Assembly: GCA_951406725.2 (NCBI GenBank)
Contig: OX597814.1
Span: 84,258,001-84,322,000 of the forward strand
Reading direction: 5' to 3'
Origin: Octopus vulgaris
Taxonomy: Eukaryota
DNA: 64,000 nt
Shown piece after piece: positions 13,930 through 28,343 of this stretch (within the stretch, counting starts at the first letter, position 1; the number at the start of each line of letters is the position of its first letter). A program made the translations under genes and the position numbers. A model generated the notes under the pieces. The model did not search any database and was not told the DNA's origin. It saw only the letters and a list, made by a program, of their open reading frames with translations.

Positions 13930-14434
13930 TCACACGTGACCATCGTCCATCTCTTTTTTCCTCATATGGCCATCTTTCTTTTTCTGCATGGACCTTCAAA
14001 AGACTGGAGGATTCTCTCTCTCTCTCTCTCTCGTTCTTCTATCTTTTCTCTTATTAAAGAAAATATTTCTCCCAGCGTTCACTATTTTTCTCTCGTCTTG
14101 GTCTAACGACCCTCCATATTTGTTTTCGTTCGGTTTCCTTGTATATCTCCACTGTCCTGTTTTTGTTCCCAGCTTTGACCCTCCAGAAATCCTAAATTTT
14201 ATTTTAGAATTTATGGGAGCAACTGCCTTTGAAGACTCATATTGTCGTTGAATGCTCGAAAGGAGGAGTAGAAAGACAGCCGACAACTTATGAAGGGCCC
14301 TTTCTCTGTGTTTACTTGTCCTTTTTTTTTACATTTTTTCTCTCGTTGTTTACGTATTTAACTCGTTTATTTACGTATTTCATGTTTGCACAGTTGATGA
14401 CGTCCTGTACCCATATATGCATGTATATGTGCAT

Positions 14435-14498
<64 letters not shown>

Positions 14499-14929
14499 TA
14501 GTAATGCAATACTAGAGTATTGCTTTCCAGTAAAGAATAGCCCGTGAGGGAAAAATATACAATTTATTGAAACTTCTTCACCGTTCTCGTGCTGTTAGCG
14601 TTTCGGCGTTTCAGTCGAGTGTAATGGCATTAATGTGGTAACATCTGAAATGTTGTCGTGGTATATGTTTGGCTGATAAAGATAGATCAAGTTTATGGGT
14701 GCAGACATATCTTGAAAAATCTGAAACCTGCGCAGGTCCCACATTATCCTTTTCCAGGTATTTCATCTTTCAGATGTTCTCCCTGGAGGTAAGACAATTT
14801 TTTCTAGTTTGTTGCACACACGCATTTTTGCTAGTACATACGCGGTGAAGCTATACATTAGCGTCGTATTATTACGTTCGCTATTTCCAGTAAATATCGG
14901 TACTTCGTTGTGCCATATATTTACTTCTT

Positions 14930-14995
<66 letters not shown>

Positions 14996-15197
14996 CATAT
15001 ATATATATATATGTATGTATGTGTGTGTGTGCATACATGCATTTCCAGCCGATCTTTAATAAAGTAACATGGCTTCTTTGTTTAAGTCAAGACAACTCTT
15101 GTGACTTTTGGTTAACAGAATTCGTTGGTATATTCATATGTGTGTAGGTGTAGATGAAATAGTACTCTTATGTGCGTGTGTATTCCATATGAATATG

Positions 15198-15870
15198 CAG
15201 GGCCGGATTGGGACCTAGTGAAGCCCTTAAGCTAATAGGGTTTTGAAGGACCCTGCGATTTTGCGCATATAATTTTCAGCTGTTTAGGGAATTGATAATA
15301 AGAATGTGCATTGTAAAAATAAATATAACGTTATAAATAATCTAAATACAAAGAACATTCATAATTTCATATCGATTTTGTATTTTCCTAAAATATTTTT
15401 GCATATTCCGTAAGTTTAATGACTGCCAACATTTTGATAGTTTCTGACCAGTTGATGTTGTCTTGTTCGTTTGTTTGGATAATGTGTTGATGTTGACTAT
15501 CCTCGTTATATCAGAAGAAAACATATGATGAAACTATTTTCTTAAAAAGCACTACTTGAAACAGAGCTAATTCAAAACATAAGATAATGAAGAGGGCCCC
15601 ATTAAGTCTACGGACCAAAACAATTTGAAGAGAACTCAAAACTTAAAAAGGTTTCTGTAGATTTAAAGAAGGTTAGTTAAATTTAATGGATTTTTGAATC
15701 CAGAACACCCAGTAAATTAAAAATTTTTAAATACTTAACAAGTAAAAATTATTTATTTGATTACGCTAAATTCCTTTTTTTAATTTTTTAAACCCAAGTT
15801 TTAGGTTTCTATGAGTTGAAGGGGCCCCTAGGCCATTGCCTATATTGGCCCAAAGATAAATTCGGCCCTA
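15198..15870. mobile_element. Non-autonomous hAT-like DNA element
   Basis: Ends CAGGGCCGGATT / AATTCGGCCCTA, subterminal GGCCCC motifs, imperfect 8-bp flanks (tgaatatg / tgtatata). Confidence 0.55.
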
Positions 15871-16479
15871 TGTATATATGACTGTGTGATAATTTTCAGC
15901 TCTGGAATGTTTTACAGATTTTCACTTAATTTGGAGAATGCGAATCAATTTTTGTTCTTTTTTGGAGAAAACCAGCGTTTCTGTTATATCGCAGATCTGT
16001 TGGTACGTAGCCCAGTGCACCTATGGTAATTTATACAAATGAAAAGCTATAGCCTGGATATAATAGCTGTGGTGCTTTTATTGTTAACCTTAGATGTTTT
16101 ATTTTTCTTCCCTAATTTTTGATGAGACATTCACATCCGCCAGGCTGCTGATCTTTACAACAGTGCAATATTTTTGCACCCTTTTCCATTCAACAATATC
16201 TGGCCTATTGTCTGTATATGTATGTGTGTATGAATGTATGATTATCAATTCAAAAAACCGGTGGCGTGTAAAAAAAAGCGTAACTTAGCCATTTGATGAA
16301 TATAGATCGATGAACTAAGTACGTGTCTGAAACGTGTATTTGAATCGATATGATCGATTAAAGGCGTTGCCCCCTTCATGGCCAGAGTCCAGTGACCGAA
16401 GCAAATAAAATAATAAGATAATTTAGTATGCATGTGCGCGCGCATTTGTAAGAGAGTGGTTGTGAATGGTTGTATGTTG

Positions 16480-16510
<31 letters not shown>

Positions 16511-16718
16511 TATACACACATACATGCTTTGGACTGTGTATGAATGTATGTTTTGTCTATGTGTACGGTATGAGTGCACCGTCAGTTCATTAATTAAACA
16601 TGGCTTTTCTCACCTTTCAAAAGTAACCAGTCTGGTATTGTGCCATTGTCAAACATATATTTGCGGTGTGTTTGCATACATGCATATGTATGTTCATATA
16701 CATGAATGCGCGTATGTG

Positions 16719-16823
<105 letters not shown>

Positions 16824-18069
16824 TCTTTCTCAATGAACTCATAGAGTAAACAGATTCTGACCGGATATCAACCGTAAATTCATGCCTTTCACATGAAAAT
16901 TATACAAAAAAGCTTCACTGTCAGGTGTCACCTACCACACCTTCGTAGGATCCGTGTTTTAATTGTTGGTAACCTATCCCTCTCGTGGATAGACAAACGA
17001 TTAAACGAATGAGTGAAAATGAATGACTGAATAAACATGTGATGTTTAATGTTGAACGTTGGCCATTTACCGTTTCATCAATCATTCAATAAGCAAGAGC
17101 GAAATTAATACATGTGAGACAAGTTAACCTAACTCGCAAAATCTTCTTACCAAAATGTCGGCAATTCCGAAATGTGACAGAAATTCGTGTCGTCTTGAGT
17201 GTTACAGAGTGACCAAAATAATACCTGTATTTCAAAGCGCCAGCCTTATCACTTTCTGTTTCACGTTGAATTTCCCTGAGAACTACGTTATGAGTACGCG
17301 GGTTTGAGAAGTTTTCAACCACTTCAACGTTAATTTCATAAGCAGTTGTTCCGTTGATCGGATCAACTAGAACTCTCATCGTCGTAAACGACGGAGTGTC
17401 ATTTAGTATTGCCATTACCACCGAGGTTAATAAAACAAGCTCTTATCAAGCACTGGGGTCGGTATAATCAACTAGCCTCCTCCTAACACATTCAGACCTT
17501 GTTACTATAGTAGAAGGGAAAAAATCGTCACTGGGTTACTATTTAACTAAATATAGAACTGGTTCTGTAGATATCACAAATATATTAAGTCTCTTTTCTT
17601 TCTGTAAAGGTCATAATCAGCGCTCCCGATTCTTTTATTTTATTGTATTTTTAATTAATATTTGTAAGGTAGTTTTGTCTTTTTTTTCTGGTTATTATAC
17701 AACTTGTCATCTGCATGGAGTTTGGTTCTTGATAGATTTATCCTCTTCTGATAAATTCCTACTTTCAACCGTCTTCATTTTTGATTCTCGTTTAACGAGC
17801 CTATCACGAAAATAACTCCAATCTTTTAGTCAAAATACTTAATTACCAGAATTTCTGTCTTCGCCCACAAAAGGATATTCTTCGCAGACCTTGGAATCGC
17901 ATCTCCTTATCGCAGAATAAATACATACGCACAGGCATACATATATATATATATGTTTGTGTGTCGGAGTTTTCCCCCACCACCGCTTGACAACCGATGC
18001 TGGTGTGTTTATGTCCCGTAACTTCGCGGTTCAGCAAACGACACCGATAGAACAAGTACTAGACTTACA

Positions 18070-18352
18070 TTCTCCTAGAAGGATGCCCTAACAAAGGCTA
18101 GGAGTCCTTTACTCCCAATGGTTTAACCGCGCGATCGGGTATTCAGTCCGATTATTTCTATGTCCCCGCGTATGATACAGCCCTAAGACATTTATTGGAT
18201 GGCCGTTGACTCTCAAGAGTTCCTCCGCCCTTTGACGGGTTTTGTTTTTCATCCCGCAGGGTGTCCAATAAACACCCTCCTCACCAAGCAAACTTGGTGG
18301 GGTTGCCGGTTTAGTCGCCGACGACCCGATCATGCAACAGGTTGATCAAGGT
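18070..18352 (-). mobile_element. LINE (RTE-like) 5' region fragment
   Basis: GC-richer island interrupting a SINE tail. The family assignment rests on recalled similarity only. Confidence 0.35.
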
Positions 18353-19039
18353 ACACAACGTTCCTGATCACGTCTCCGCTGTGTTTCTTTTCTCTATGAT
18401 TCATTATTGCTGACTCCAAAATCTTTCGAGAAGAGTTCTTGGGTTATAGTGAGCCAGCGATGGCACACGTCTTGATCGTTGAAATGTAATACTTTATAAA
18501 GTCTAACCGAAGTTTGGATTAATATTCTGTGCTTTTTATTCTGTTTAAAATATGATTGCATTTCTTTCTCTATCCATAGTTGATCTGGATATTTCCGGTG
18601 TATATGACATAGGAGTTTTATTAGAGCTTTTCTTCTTGTTTATGGATGTAAATTACTTTTTGAATAGAGAATTGGATGGCTGGCTCAACCTCGTTCATGA
18701 CATATGAGTCCTTTCTCAGTTGAGAGAATCTCCTATTTGCAGCAGATACACTCCACTTCGTATTTTGTCTTTATGTAATTTACTTTTTGTTTTTGTTTTG
18801 AAGTTTCTTATCCGCATCGGCCTCTACCTGGTCCCTAGCATCCTAAGTCGGTGGGGTGTTATTGCTATAAATGGATACTACCTGCTTGTTGTTGTTACCG
18901 TGGATGATTCTCGTGGTTTGGAGCGTCGTGATTTGCTCCAGGTAATAAAAACGGAGCAATTTTATTTGCTGACCCACGAGTTATGCCTGGTGCTTCCTTA
19001 GGACCGGCAATGATTTGTTGTTTTTACTTTTGTTCTTTT

Positions 19040-19760
19040 AGAATTCCTTGTTTTTTTCCCCGTACATGTATCGCATCTGAGTCGTCTACCTTAGATGCTG
19101 AGCTTAAAGGTCTTCTTCTCAGTACCCTCTACAGGTCACAGCTCCGATATTGTTTTGATGTCGCGAGGACTTGTGTATGCATGAGAGTTCCACTAGGTTA
19201 TCGTTAGAAGTTATATTTGTACTAACAACCTATCCATATTGTACAGCGAATGTGACTCCTAACCAGGGGTCAGCATTATCACCGATATCCCTGTCGATGA
19301 TCCTTATGTTTCTTTTCCACTTGAGCTACAAAGCTAGTTGGCAGGCGAGTGTGTCGCTTGCGCTTTCGTCCCATCCTTTGTTCAAAAAAATTATACAAAT
19401 AATGTCATATGTTCTCTCACTCTCAATGAAGGATGTTTCACTTGAAATATCTACCAGGGCTTATTCCAGTTCATACTTGGTTGGAACAAGAAAGCCTACT
19501 ATATTATTGAGAAGGTAAAGGTTTGCCACTTTTCTGCTCTCGCAGTCATCTGTGATTGACAGTAGAAAGCTGGCGCCAGTTCGCTGGACTAAATGTGCCA
19601 AACTTTCAGTCTTTCAGCAAAATACTCTATATTGATCGGTTGCTATTTTTCTTTTCTATTTTTTTTTTTTTACGTGAAAGATCGCTTGCAATGAACAGCT
19701 TTTCACATTTTGTTGTTATTGTTAACATGATTTCTACATGGTATCGTTAAAATATCCGTT
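19040..19760 (-). mobile_element. Decayed L1/Tx1-like ORF1 remnant
   Basis: Minus strand I*GRRLRCDTC resembles the VEGRRPRCxTC zinc-knuckle lead-in at ~63880. Confidence 0.45.
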
Positions 19761-19895
19761 TTCTTTTAGTTTGTGGTTACTATTAATACTAAGCATTGCA
19801 ATTAAAATAACATTTTGTCATTTTTCCTGTGTAAAATGTATTATTTTGCACATTTTCAGTTTTCATTTGGTATACTTTCCTACGTAACATATACT

Positions 19896-20037
<142 letters not shown>

Positions 20038-20441
20038 CACTAGCCACTAAAACTTTTTCTATTTTCTCTCCTTGTTTATTTCTGTGTTCCTTTCTGTCGA
20101 AGAGCGTAGACTCGAAAAGTAAGAGACTTTCTCACTTCCCTAGCGTTACACTAATACATCCGTCTTCGTCTTTTATTGCTTTTTTTTTTTGTAAACTTTC
20201 ACTATATATATATACACATAGAGAGAGAGAGATGCATATACATAGATATCTAGAATACATATATACACATACATGTATACACACGTGTTCATAGATATGT
20301 GTGTATACATATATACATACACACACAACCATGTATATATATATACACATCCATATACATGTATGCATACATGTATATATATGTGTGTGTGTGTGCGTGT
20401 GTGTATGTACATACATATATGCATGCATATGTATATATATA

Positions 20442-20722
<281 letters not shown>

Positions 20723-21039
20723 TATTCAAACCTATCGCTTCCGTATCTCACTACAATACTCTTTCTCTTTTCGCAGTGATTGGGAAAAACAGAAACAATT
20801 GCTGTGAAAATGTGAAAGGCGGAAGCGTCACGGAGAGAATACGTATGAATTAATAAACTGCAACATACAGATTGTGAAATTTTTCTCACATTTGTAAATT
20901 CAAACGTATATATCAATTCTTCATTTACCTATTCATTTTCCATGCCTACGTGGGTTGAACGAATACACATTATTGAGATATTGTTTTGCAAAGGGGTGAC
21001 CTTACGGTCGCTAACCCTCAATTGTTTTCAAATAAGGCA

Positions 21040-21126
<87 letters not shown>

Positions 21127-21128
<2 letters not shown>

Positions 21129-22594
21129 TATGTTTGACTTTTGCTTTATATTTGTACAAGTTGGCTCCAAGTCTCACCCAGAGACCTCAAGAGACAACAG
21201 GGTTGGAAGTTCATGTTGTTGGTATGCCTATTGTGCCATATATTTGGGGGGGTGTTGTACTAATGAATGTCTAAAAAACGTTTTTTTTTTTTTTTGTTAA
21301 ACCGAAAATTATGTTTGTTTTAAACCTCGACATTACATAGAAAGTATTTTGCGTAGGATATGAGCAGTTCCCATGAGCACTATCTTTTGAATTTCTGCCA
21401 TTTTGGGGTTTCCTGGTATCTGAGTTAGGTAGCTATCAGCCCCTTTTGCTATCATTCCCAGGGCACCTATGACAACAGGTATTGTTTTAGTCTTCAGGTT
21501 CCACATTTTGCTGATTTCTATTTCAAGATCTTTATATTTGCTCAGTTTTTGGTAGGTCTTGACAGATACGTTTATATCGATTGGGACAGTCATATCAATG
21601 AGGAGGCATGTTCTTTGTTTGAAGTCTTTCAATATGATGTCTGGCCTATTTGCATCTATCTTTCTGTCAGTTTGAATGGTGAAGTTCCAGAGGAGTGAGA
21701 TGTGGTCATTTTCAAGCACTGGGGGTGGTTTGTGTTCCCACCAGTTTTTTTCATGGGGCAAATCCAGGTTTTTGCAGATTACCCAGTGAATATATTGTGC
21801 AGCTCTATCGTGCCTGTTGAGATACTCTGTAGGCGCTAGAAGACTGCACTTGGAGACCACATGGTCAATGGTTTCATTTTGTTGCTTGCATACACGACAC
21901 GTTGGACTGCTTCTGATCTTTAATATGTTGGCCTGGTAGTTTCTTGTTGGTAGGCATTGATCTTGAGCTGCTATGATAAACCCCTCTGTTTCAGATTTTA
22001 AGCCAGAGGCCATTAGCCATTGATGGGTCAGGGCTTTGTCAACATCTGCATTATTAGCTCTCTTTGGGTATTTGCCATAGAGAGGTTTTTCTTGCCATTT
22101 ATCATTCAGAATATCTAAGGCCGCAGATTTAGCAGGGGTTTTCATACGCTTAGCTTTTTCTGTGCCTGTTTCTTGTATGTCTATCTCTAATTCCGAAATT
22201 TGTTGTATTCGGAATTCACTAAGATATTCCTTTGCCTGTTTTGTTACTGAGTATGATGCTTTCTTGTTTTCATGTTTTGAGACAAGTTTTAACATCCAGT
22301 CCTCAGAGTTTTTCAGGTAGGTGTCTAGGCCAATTGTAGCAATCTTCATTGTTATTGCCAGTTGTAAAAGTCCACGGCCTCCCTCTTTTCTTGGCAGATA
22401 AAGTCGTTCTGTATCTGCCTTAGGGTGGTGCATTCTATGCATTGTCAACAGTTTTCGTATTTTTCTGTCAAGATTACATATTTCAGTAATTGACCAGTTA
22501 ATGATATTGAAACTGTAAGTCACGACTGGTATGGCTAATGTATTGATCGCTTCGATCCTGTTTCTCGATCCTGTTTCTCGATCCTGTTTCTCGC
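21127..22594 (-). mobile_element. 5'-truncated R4/Dong-type (RLE) non-LTR retrotransposon
   Basis: Uninterrupted ORF segment plus ~200-bp 3' UTR, flanked by (TAA)n on both sides (21042-21126, 22596-22640), the known Dong target. Confidence 0.9.
21333..22560 (-). CDS. C-terminal RT thumb, CCHC zinc knuckle and restriction-like endonuclease of the R4/Dong-type LINE (5'-truncated)
   Basis: RLYLPRKEGGRGL, AAQDQCLPTRNY, CRVC-x7-HVVSKC, RHD, RPDI...LIDMTVP...KLSKY, IPVVIGALG. Confidence 0.9.
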
Positions 22595-22639
22595 ATATTA
22601 TTATTATTATTATTATTATCATTATTATTATTATTATTA

Positions 22640-23197
22640 ATGAGTGAGAGAGCAGTGCTTGCTATCAAAGTGACACTGGGGTAAAATATACAAACCCCAG
22701 TATACCCATCATGACTACCCGTCTGATAAGGGTACACTAGGAACATGGATCACAACCATATGTGTGCGACATGGAGATCTCATATCAAGATAAACAGCGC
22801 ATGGCCTTGCAGGTGGGACCCAGTTAGAATTTTCTTCTGGTCGAGTAACCCATCTCGCTTAAAAGGTCCCTGAATAAGGGTTGTTTAAAGATGTTGAATG
22901 AAACATCCATATTTCCAGAGGTGAATTATTAAAACCCCAAAGAACCCCTCTCAACACGTGGCTATGATACTTCCCCACTACTTCTGCTTGTGATCAGAGA
23001 TGCACATATCGTCAGCCACTAAGGGACATGCTAAACTGATTAAGGTCAAACAACTGACAAGCAAATCTGTGGTATTGAGAAGAATATTTGCTATAGCCCA
23101 TCTTTTATACCAAGACAAAACAATGTATATGATAACACTTCCAATCAGTTACGATCAGAAGCCACGAGAGCCACTGCCTGGTACTGCATCAGGGCAG
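22640..23197. mobile_element. Unclassified ~555-bp insertion bounded by (TAA)n
   Basis: Higher-complexity block sitting between two ATT tracts next to the LINE, with no ORF. Confidence 0.5.
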
Positions 23198-23806
23198 TTA
23201 TTATTATTTTTTTTTCGAGACATCTTCGAAAAACACAAAATTTGTGACGGTTTTTTTTTTTGACAGGATTGTCAACAAACACCTTCGATCAACGCTTTTT
23301 ACATGCGAAGCGGAGAATGTAAACGTACACGCATGTGCACGCGCGCACACGCACACACACACACACTCGTACGCACACACATATACACACACTCACACAC
23401 AAACATACACAGAGTGAGCGGCCTAAAATCAAGCAGATATTGAAAAAAGTTGATATTTTGTAATATTCTTTGTAATTTCTTTTATTTGGGTTTTTCTGAA
23501 ATTTATGACTGGAAAATTACAGAGAAAATCAACATCCAAAGCGATTTCAATGTACGAAGAACGCTTTCTCAATGGATCTTCTTTGTTTTAATAAAATGTT
23601 TATAGCCAACGGATTCTGTAAGCAAGGCATCGTCGAGATAAATTTTTGGAGACGGCATATTTTCCAAGATTCCAGAAATCATTTAGCTTGCATGCTCTCT
23701 AGCTCTGGATATGTCACATTCTTTTTCTTGTGAGGATATTCACAAGAAATGTAAATGTCATTAATCTAGGAAGCATATAGTATCTCACAGAAAACATTTC
23801 AGTATA

Positions 23807-24690
23807 CGAGTAGGTATCAAAAATTACCCGGACAAGTTAAGTTTAATAAAAAGAAATAACTTATTTATTTAAATTTTAACATCATCGCCTTCGAAATAGT
23901 TACCTTGCACAGCAATACACTGTTCCCACAGTTCCTGCTGCTTTTGGAATCCGGCCTCGGAGCCGTTTACCGTAAGCGAGTCGAGGACCTTCTGTGATTT
24001 TCTCTTGATCTCAGCAACGGTATTTATAACGGTGGCCTTTAAGCAACATTTTCATATTGGGGAAGTCCTCAGGTGCTAAATCTGGCGAATAAGGTGGGTG
24101 CGGAAGCGATACCATGTTGTTCTTGGCGAGAAACCAACGTGTCAGGAAATCTCGGTAACGGGGTGTATTGTTGTGAAGAATCCAATTTTTCGCGCCCCAC
24201 ACGACCGGTCGCTTTCGCCGAATGTTTTCCCGTCGAGGTAGAACTCTTGATTTATGGCCTGGCCCTGGGGAACAAATTCTCGATGCACAATACGGCGGAT
24301 GTCGAAAAAAAAACGATGAACATGCTCTTGATTTAGCTGCGGCTCTATCGTGCTTTTTTAAGCGCTCGTGTCATTCGAAACATTGCGTAATGACCCATTA
24401 CTTTGCCGTAAGCTTGTCAGAGTAAGCACAATGTCTCTGTAGCAGACTTCCTACGTTTAACGCAAAATTTCACGTTGGCTCTTTGTTCCTGTCCATAACA
24501 AAATAGCAAACTACGGCATACACGTGATCACAAAAACACAAATTTCACAACTTGCAAAATAAACACAGAGATGTCATTCGGCACACAGCCTCATGGAGGG
24601 CACTGCTAGCTCTCACTCTACACGCAACTATATACTGCAATCTGTTGGCGCGCTACAGGACTAGTCCAGGAACTTTTTGATACCACTTCG
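23807..24690 (-). mobile_element. Internally deleted DD34D mariner with both TIRs and TA target duplication
   Basis: TA|CGAGTAGGTATCAAAAATTACCCGGAC ... GTCCAGGAACTTTTTGATACCACTTCG|TA. Encodes WILH...FLAKNNMVSLPHPPYSPDLAPEDF. Confidence 0.9.
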
Positions 24691-25004
24691 TATGTGTGTG
24701 TATATGCGTGTAAGTACGCATGTTTGTATGTATGCATACATGTGTGTGTGTATGTATGTATGTATGTATGTATGTATGTATGTATGTATGTGTGTGTGTT
24801 TGCATGTATCTATGTGTAAGTAGGTGTGTACGTATATGTGTGTTGTGAATGGGTGTGCATATTTGTGTATATATACGGAAGAGAAGAACACACAATATAT
24901 GTTGCAGAGTTTATATTTATTGGTCAAACAGTTACATATATGTATATATACGTACATACATACATACAACACACACGCACATATACACACATACAACACA
25001 CACA

Positions 25005-25072
<68 letters not shown>

Positions 25073-25304
25073 GTGGTATTAGCATATCTGTTTTGTATAG
25101 AATATTCGCGATTTCTCAAATCCGTACCATCAATATCGCTTAGACATTAGTCATAAATCCCTTTAATTCATTTAAATTATTTTGATGAGCACCTAAAATG
25201 GATGAATTAAGATGTGCTTCTGTGGAGCACGAATAAGTCTTTACTTGTATTATATACGTGTGCGCGCATATGTATGCATACTCAAACAGTTGTATACGTG
25301 TCTG

Positions 25305-25340
<36 letters not shown>

Positions 25341-25726
25341 CGAAGAACACCAGTGTGATAAAGTATCATCAGCTTAATTATAAGTAGATCGTATCTTGTG
25401 ACCAGTGTTATTTTGCCAAAGACGACAACGATAACGATGATGATGATGATGATGATGGTATATGTGTGTGTATACACATATATATGTATATGCATGTACA
25501 TATATATATATATGTGTGGGGGGGGTGAGTATGTATGTGTGTATGAATATATACATTTGTATGCATGTATATATGTATGTTTACATATATCTGTATATAT
25601 ATGTATATATATATGTGTGTGTATTTATATATATACATATATATACACATATATATGTGTATATGTATATATATATTTATATATGTAAATATATACGTAT
25701 GCAAGTGTGTATGTATATATATATAC

Positions 25727-25777
<51 letters not shown>

Positions 25778-25808
25778 CACATGTCTATATATATACATAC
25801 ATATGTCC

Positions 25809-25855
<47 letters not shown>

Positions 25856-26339
25856 TGTATGTATGTATACGTACATACATACATACATACATACATACAT
25901 ACATACATACATACATACATACATACATACATACATACATACATACATACATACATACATACATACATAAATATATATATAATCTTACTTGGGTTTTTTT
26001 TAACCCTTAGAAATTTTAAAGTTGATTCCGCTGTATCCACAAACAAAAACAAAATCTGCCGATTTGGAAACGCCGTTATTTGGAATATAATGACGTTGTC
26101 AAAATATGGCGGAAACCCGGTCATTAAGGTTCAAACAACGAATAATTATTTCTGACATGTTTGTGAAAATCCTTTATTAAGTTGTCTATCAATTTTTCTT
26201 CATCCGTCTCTGAAACAGATCCAGTTGCAGTCTTTGGTTTACTGCAGCTAATCTTTCCTTAAAAATGAACTAGTCAGTACATGTTCAACCGCACTCTCAG
26301 GGAATTTAAATATACGCGATGAAGAGAGATGAAGACAGA

Positions 26340-26477
26340 TGCATGCGTGGCAGTGTGGTAAGAGGTTTGCTTCCTAACTATGTGGTCCCGGGTTCAGTCT
26401 CACTGCAATTGCCCCGGGTCACCGAAGCCTTGTGAATGGATTTAGTAAAGAGAAACTATAAAAAGCCCGCCGTATAT

Positions 26478-26574
<97 letters not shown>

Positions 26575-26780
26575 GGTTTGTCGTCCATTAAAACTTGGCA
26601 ACTGGTGTTGATTTGTTTACATTCCCGTAACTTGGCAGCTCGGCATTAGAGATCGATAGAATAAATACCAGGTTTTAAAATACATATAAATACTGGTATC
26701 GATTCGTTGGACTAAAACCTTTCAAGGTAGTGCCTCAGCATGGCCGTAGTCCAATGACTGAAGCAAGTGGAACATGAAAG
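26340..26780 (+). mobile_element. tRNA-derived SINE (family B) with internal (TG)n
   Basis: A-box-like TGGCAGTGTGG, B-box-like GGTTCAGTCT, conserved tail ..CAGCATGGCCGTAGTCCAATGACTGAAGCAAG. Confidence 0.8.
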
Positions 26781-28132
26781 AAAGATGAACTGCTAGATTG
26801 TTTGAGTTGCATTTCGAAATGAATCGTCAAGATGACTAGAGATGCAGACGAATGCTGTGGATGGCCAAGATGATGTCTTACTTGCCTCATCTTGCTCTTT
26901 GCATTCAACAATGTTTTACTGCAGCAATCTTCCCCTCCATTGAACCATCAAGATTCCTTCTGTAGAATTTGTCGGATCCTGTCTTCGCATAATAAGGAAG
27001 CCCTGTTATGTTAATTAATCCATAGCAGGGGCCTGATAGGTGCTACTACACCGGCCAAGAGTAGCTCTAGGAACAATAGTCGCTAAGATATGATTCCACA
27101 ACCCTCAAAACGCTGGAATTCCCAAACTAGGGCCTCACTACCGGATGCAGTTTAAAGTCACACCCAGGTACAATTCATTTAAGGGGCTTTAATAAAGTGT
27201 CCTTCTATCCAATTTTACTCACAAGCTATAAGTCGACCTGGTTTTATAGAAAATGATACCTGTCACTCAACAGAATGACAACCAGGACATCATGATTGCC
27301 AAACGACATTTTTAGTTATTCGGCTATACAACGACTTCACTTCCCAAATTCTTATTTGGGAAGTTTTTAAGCTTTCATTCGATTTGTAGTTGTGGGTATT
27401 TCGTGGTCTAGAAAGTCCTTTTTTTCTTCTTTTTAACATTTCTAACGTAAATAATGGGATTGCAGAAGCAGTGCAGTGAATAATTATTAGCTAATAAATA
27501 TACAGTAAACAATTTAAATATTAAAAAAAAATAAAACAAAGTATTTTCAAAATGGCGGCAACAGACATAAACAAGCTAGCGCTTTGTCGCTAGTTTTCCT
27601 TGCTAAACGACAATTTTCAATAGTGCTCTTGGCTTGAAGTTACCGTTATTCTTGAATTCTGATTATTCAGGCGTTTCTAGCTGGTATATGGTACAAATAA
27701 ATACCTAATACCATAATACTAAATTTGACTTTTTTTTCCTTCTTTTTATAGTGGCACAGGTAAAAACAATTGCAGAATATGTGTGTGTATAATTGATAAA
27801 ATCTATATTAGAGCTTGCCTGATATAGATTTGCACACAGAAACACACAAACATACACCGTTTTTTTTTTTCCTTTTTCTCCTGATTTTCTTTTTTCTTAA
27901 GCTGCAAATCCCGATTCTCTATCCCGTCATTTATATTGTACTCAACGATTACATGGTGAACCAATAAAATCCTTTTGTCTCAATCTTATCCAATCAAATC
28001 TTGTCAAGATTTTCGAATATTTTCACTGTATGTCGTTTCAATGCTTCCATTTTCCCCAATTCTCCGAAGACAGGGGACGATAAACCCAAAAGTAACGATC
28101 TGTGAAATAGCTTGTAATATGTGTATATGTAA

Positions 28133-28343
28133 GGCACAATCGTTAGCACGCCAGGCAAAATGCCTAGCGGCATTTCGTCCGTCTTTATGTTCTGAGTTCA
28201 AATGCAGCTGGAATCGACTTTGCCTTTTATTCTTTGGGGGTTCGATAAAATAAGTACCAGTTGAATACTGAGGCCGATCTAATTGACTTAACCCTCCCCC
28301 CACCCCGAAATTACTAGCCTTGTACCAAAATTAGAAACCAATA
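28133..28343 (+). mobile_element. tRNA-derived SINE (family A)
   Basis: Homologous to 39440-39642. Confidence 0.8.

Noticed and set aside
22716-22745. CTGATAAG as a hammerhead core (also CTGATGA at ~3688, CTGACGAG at ~54392 minus, CTGATGAG at ~57070 minus)
   Set aside because: No correctly placed stem II-GAAA-stem III-UH and stem I.
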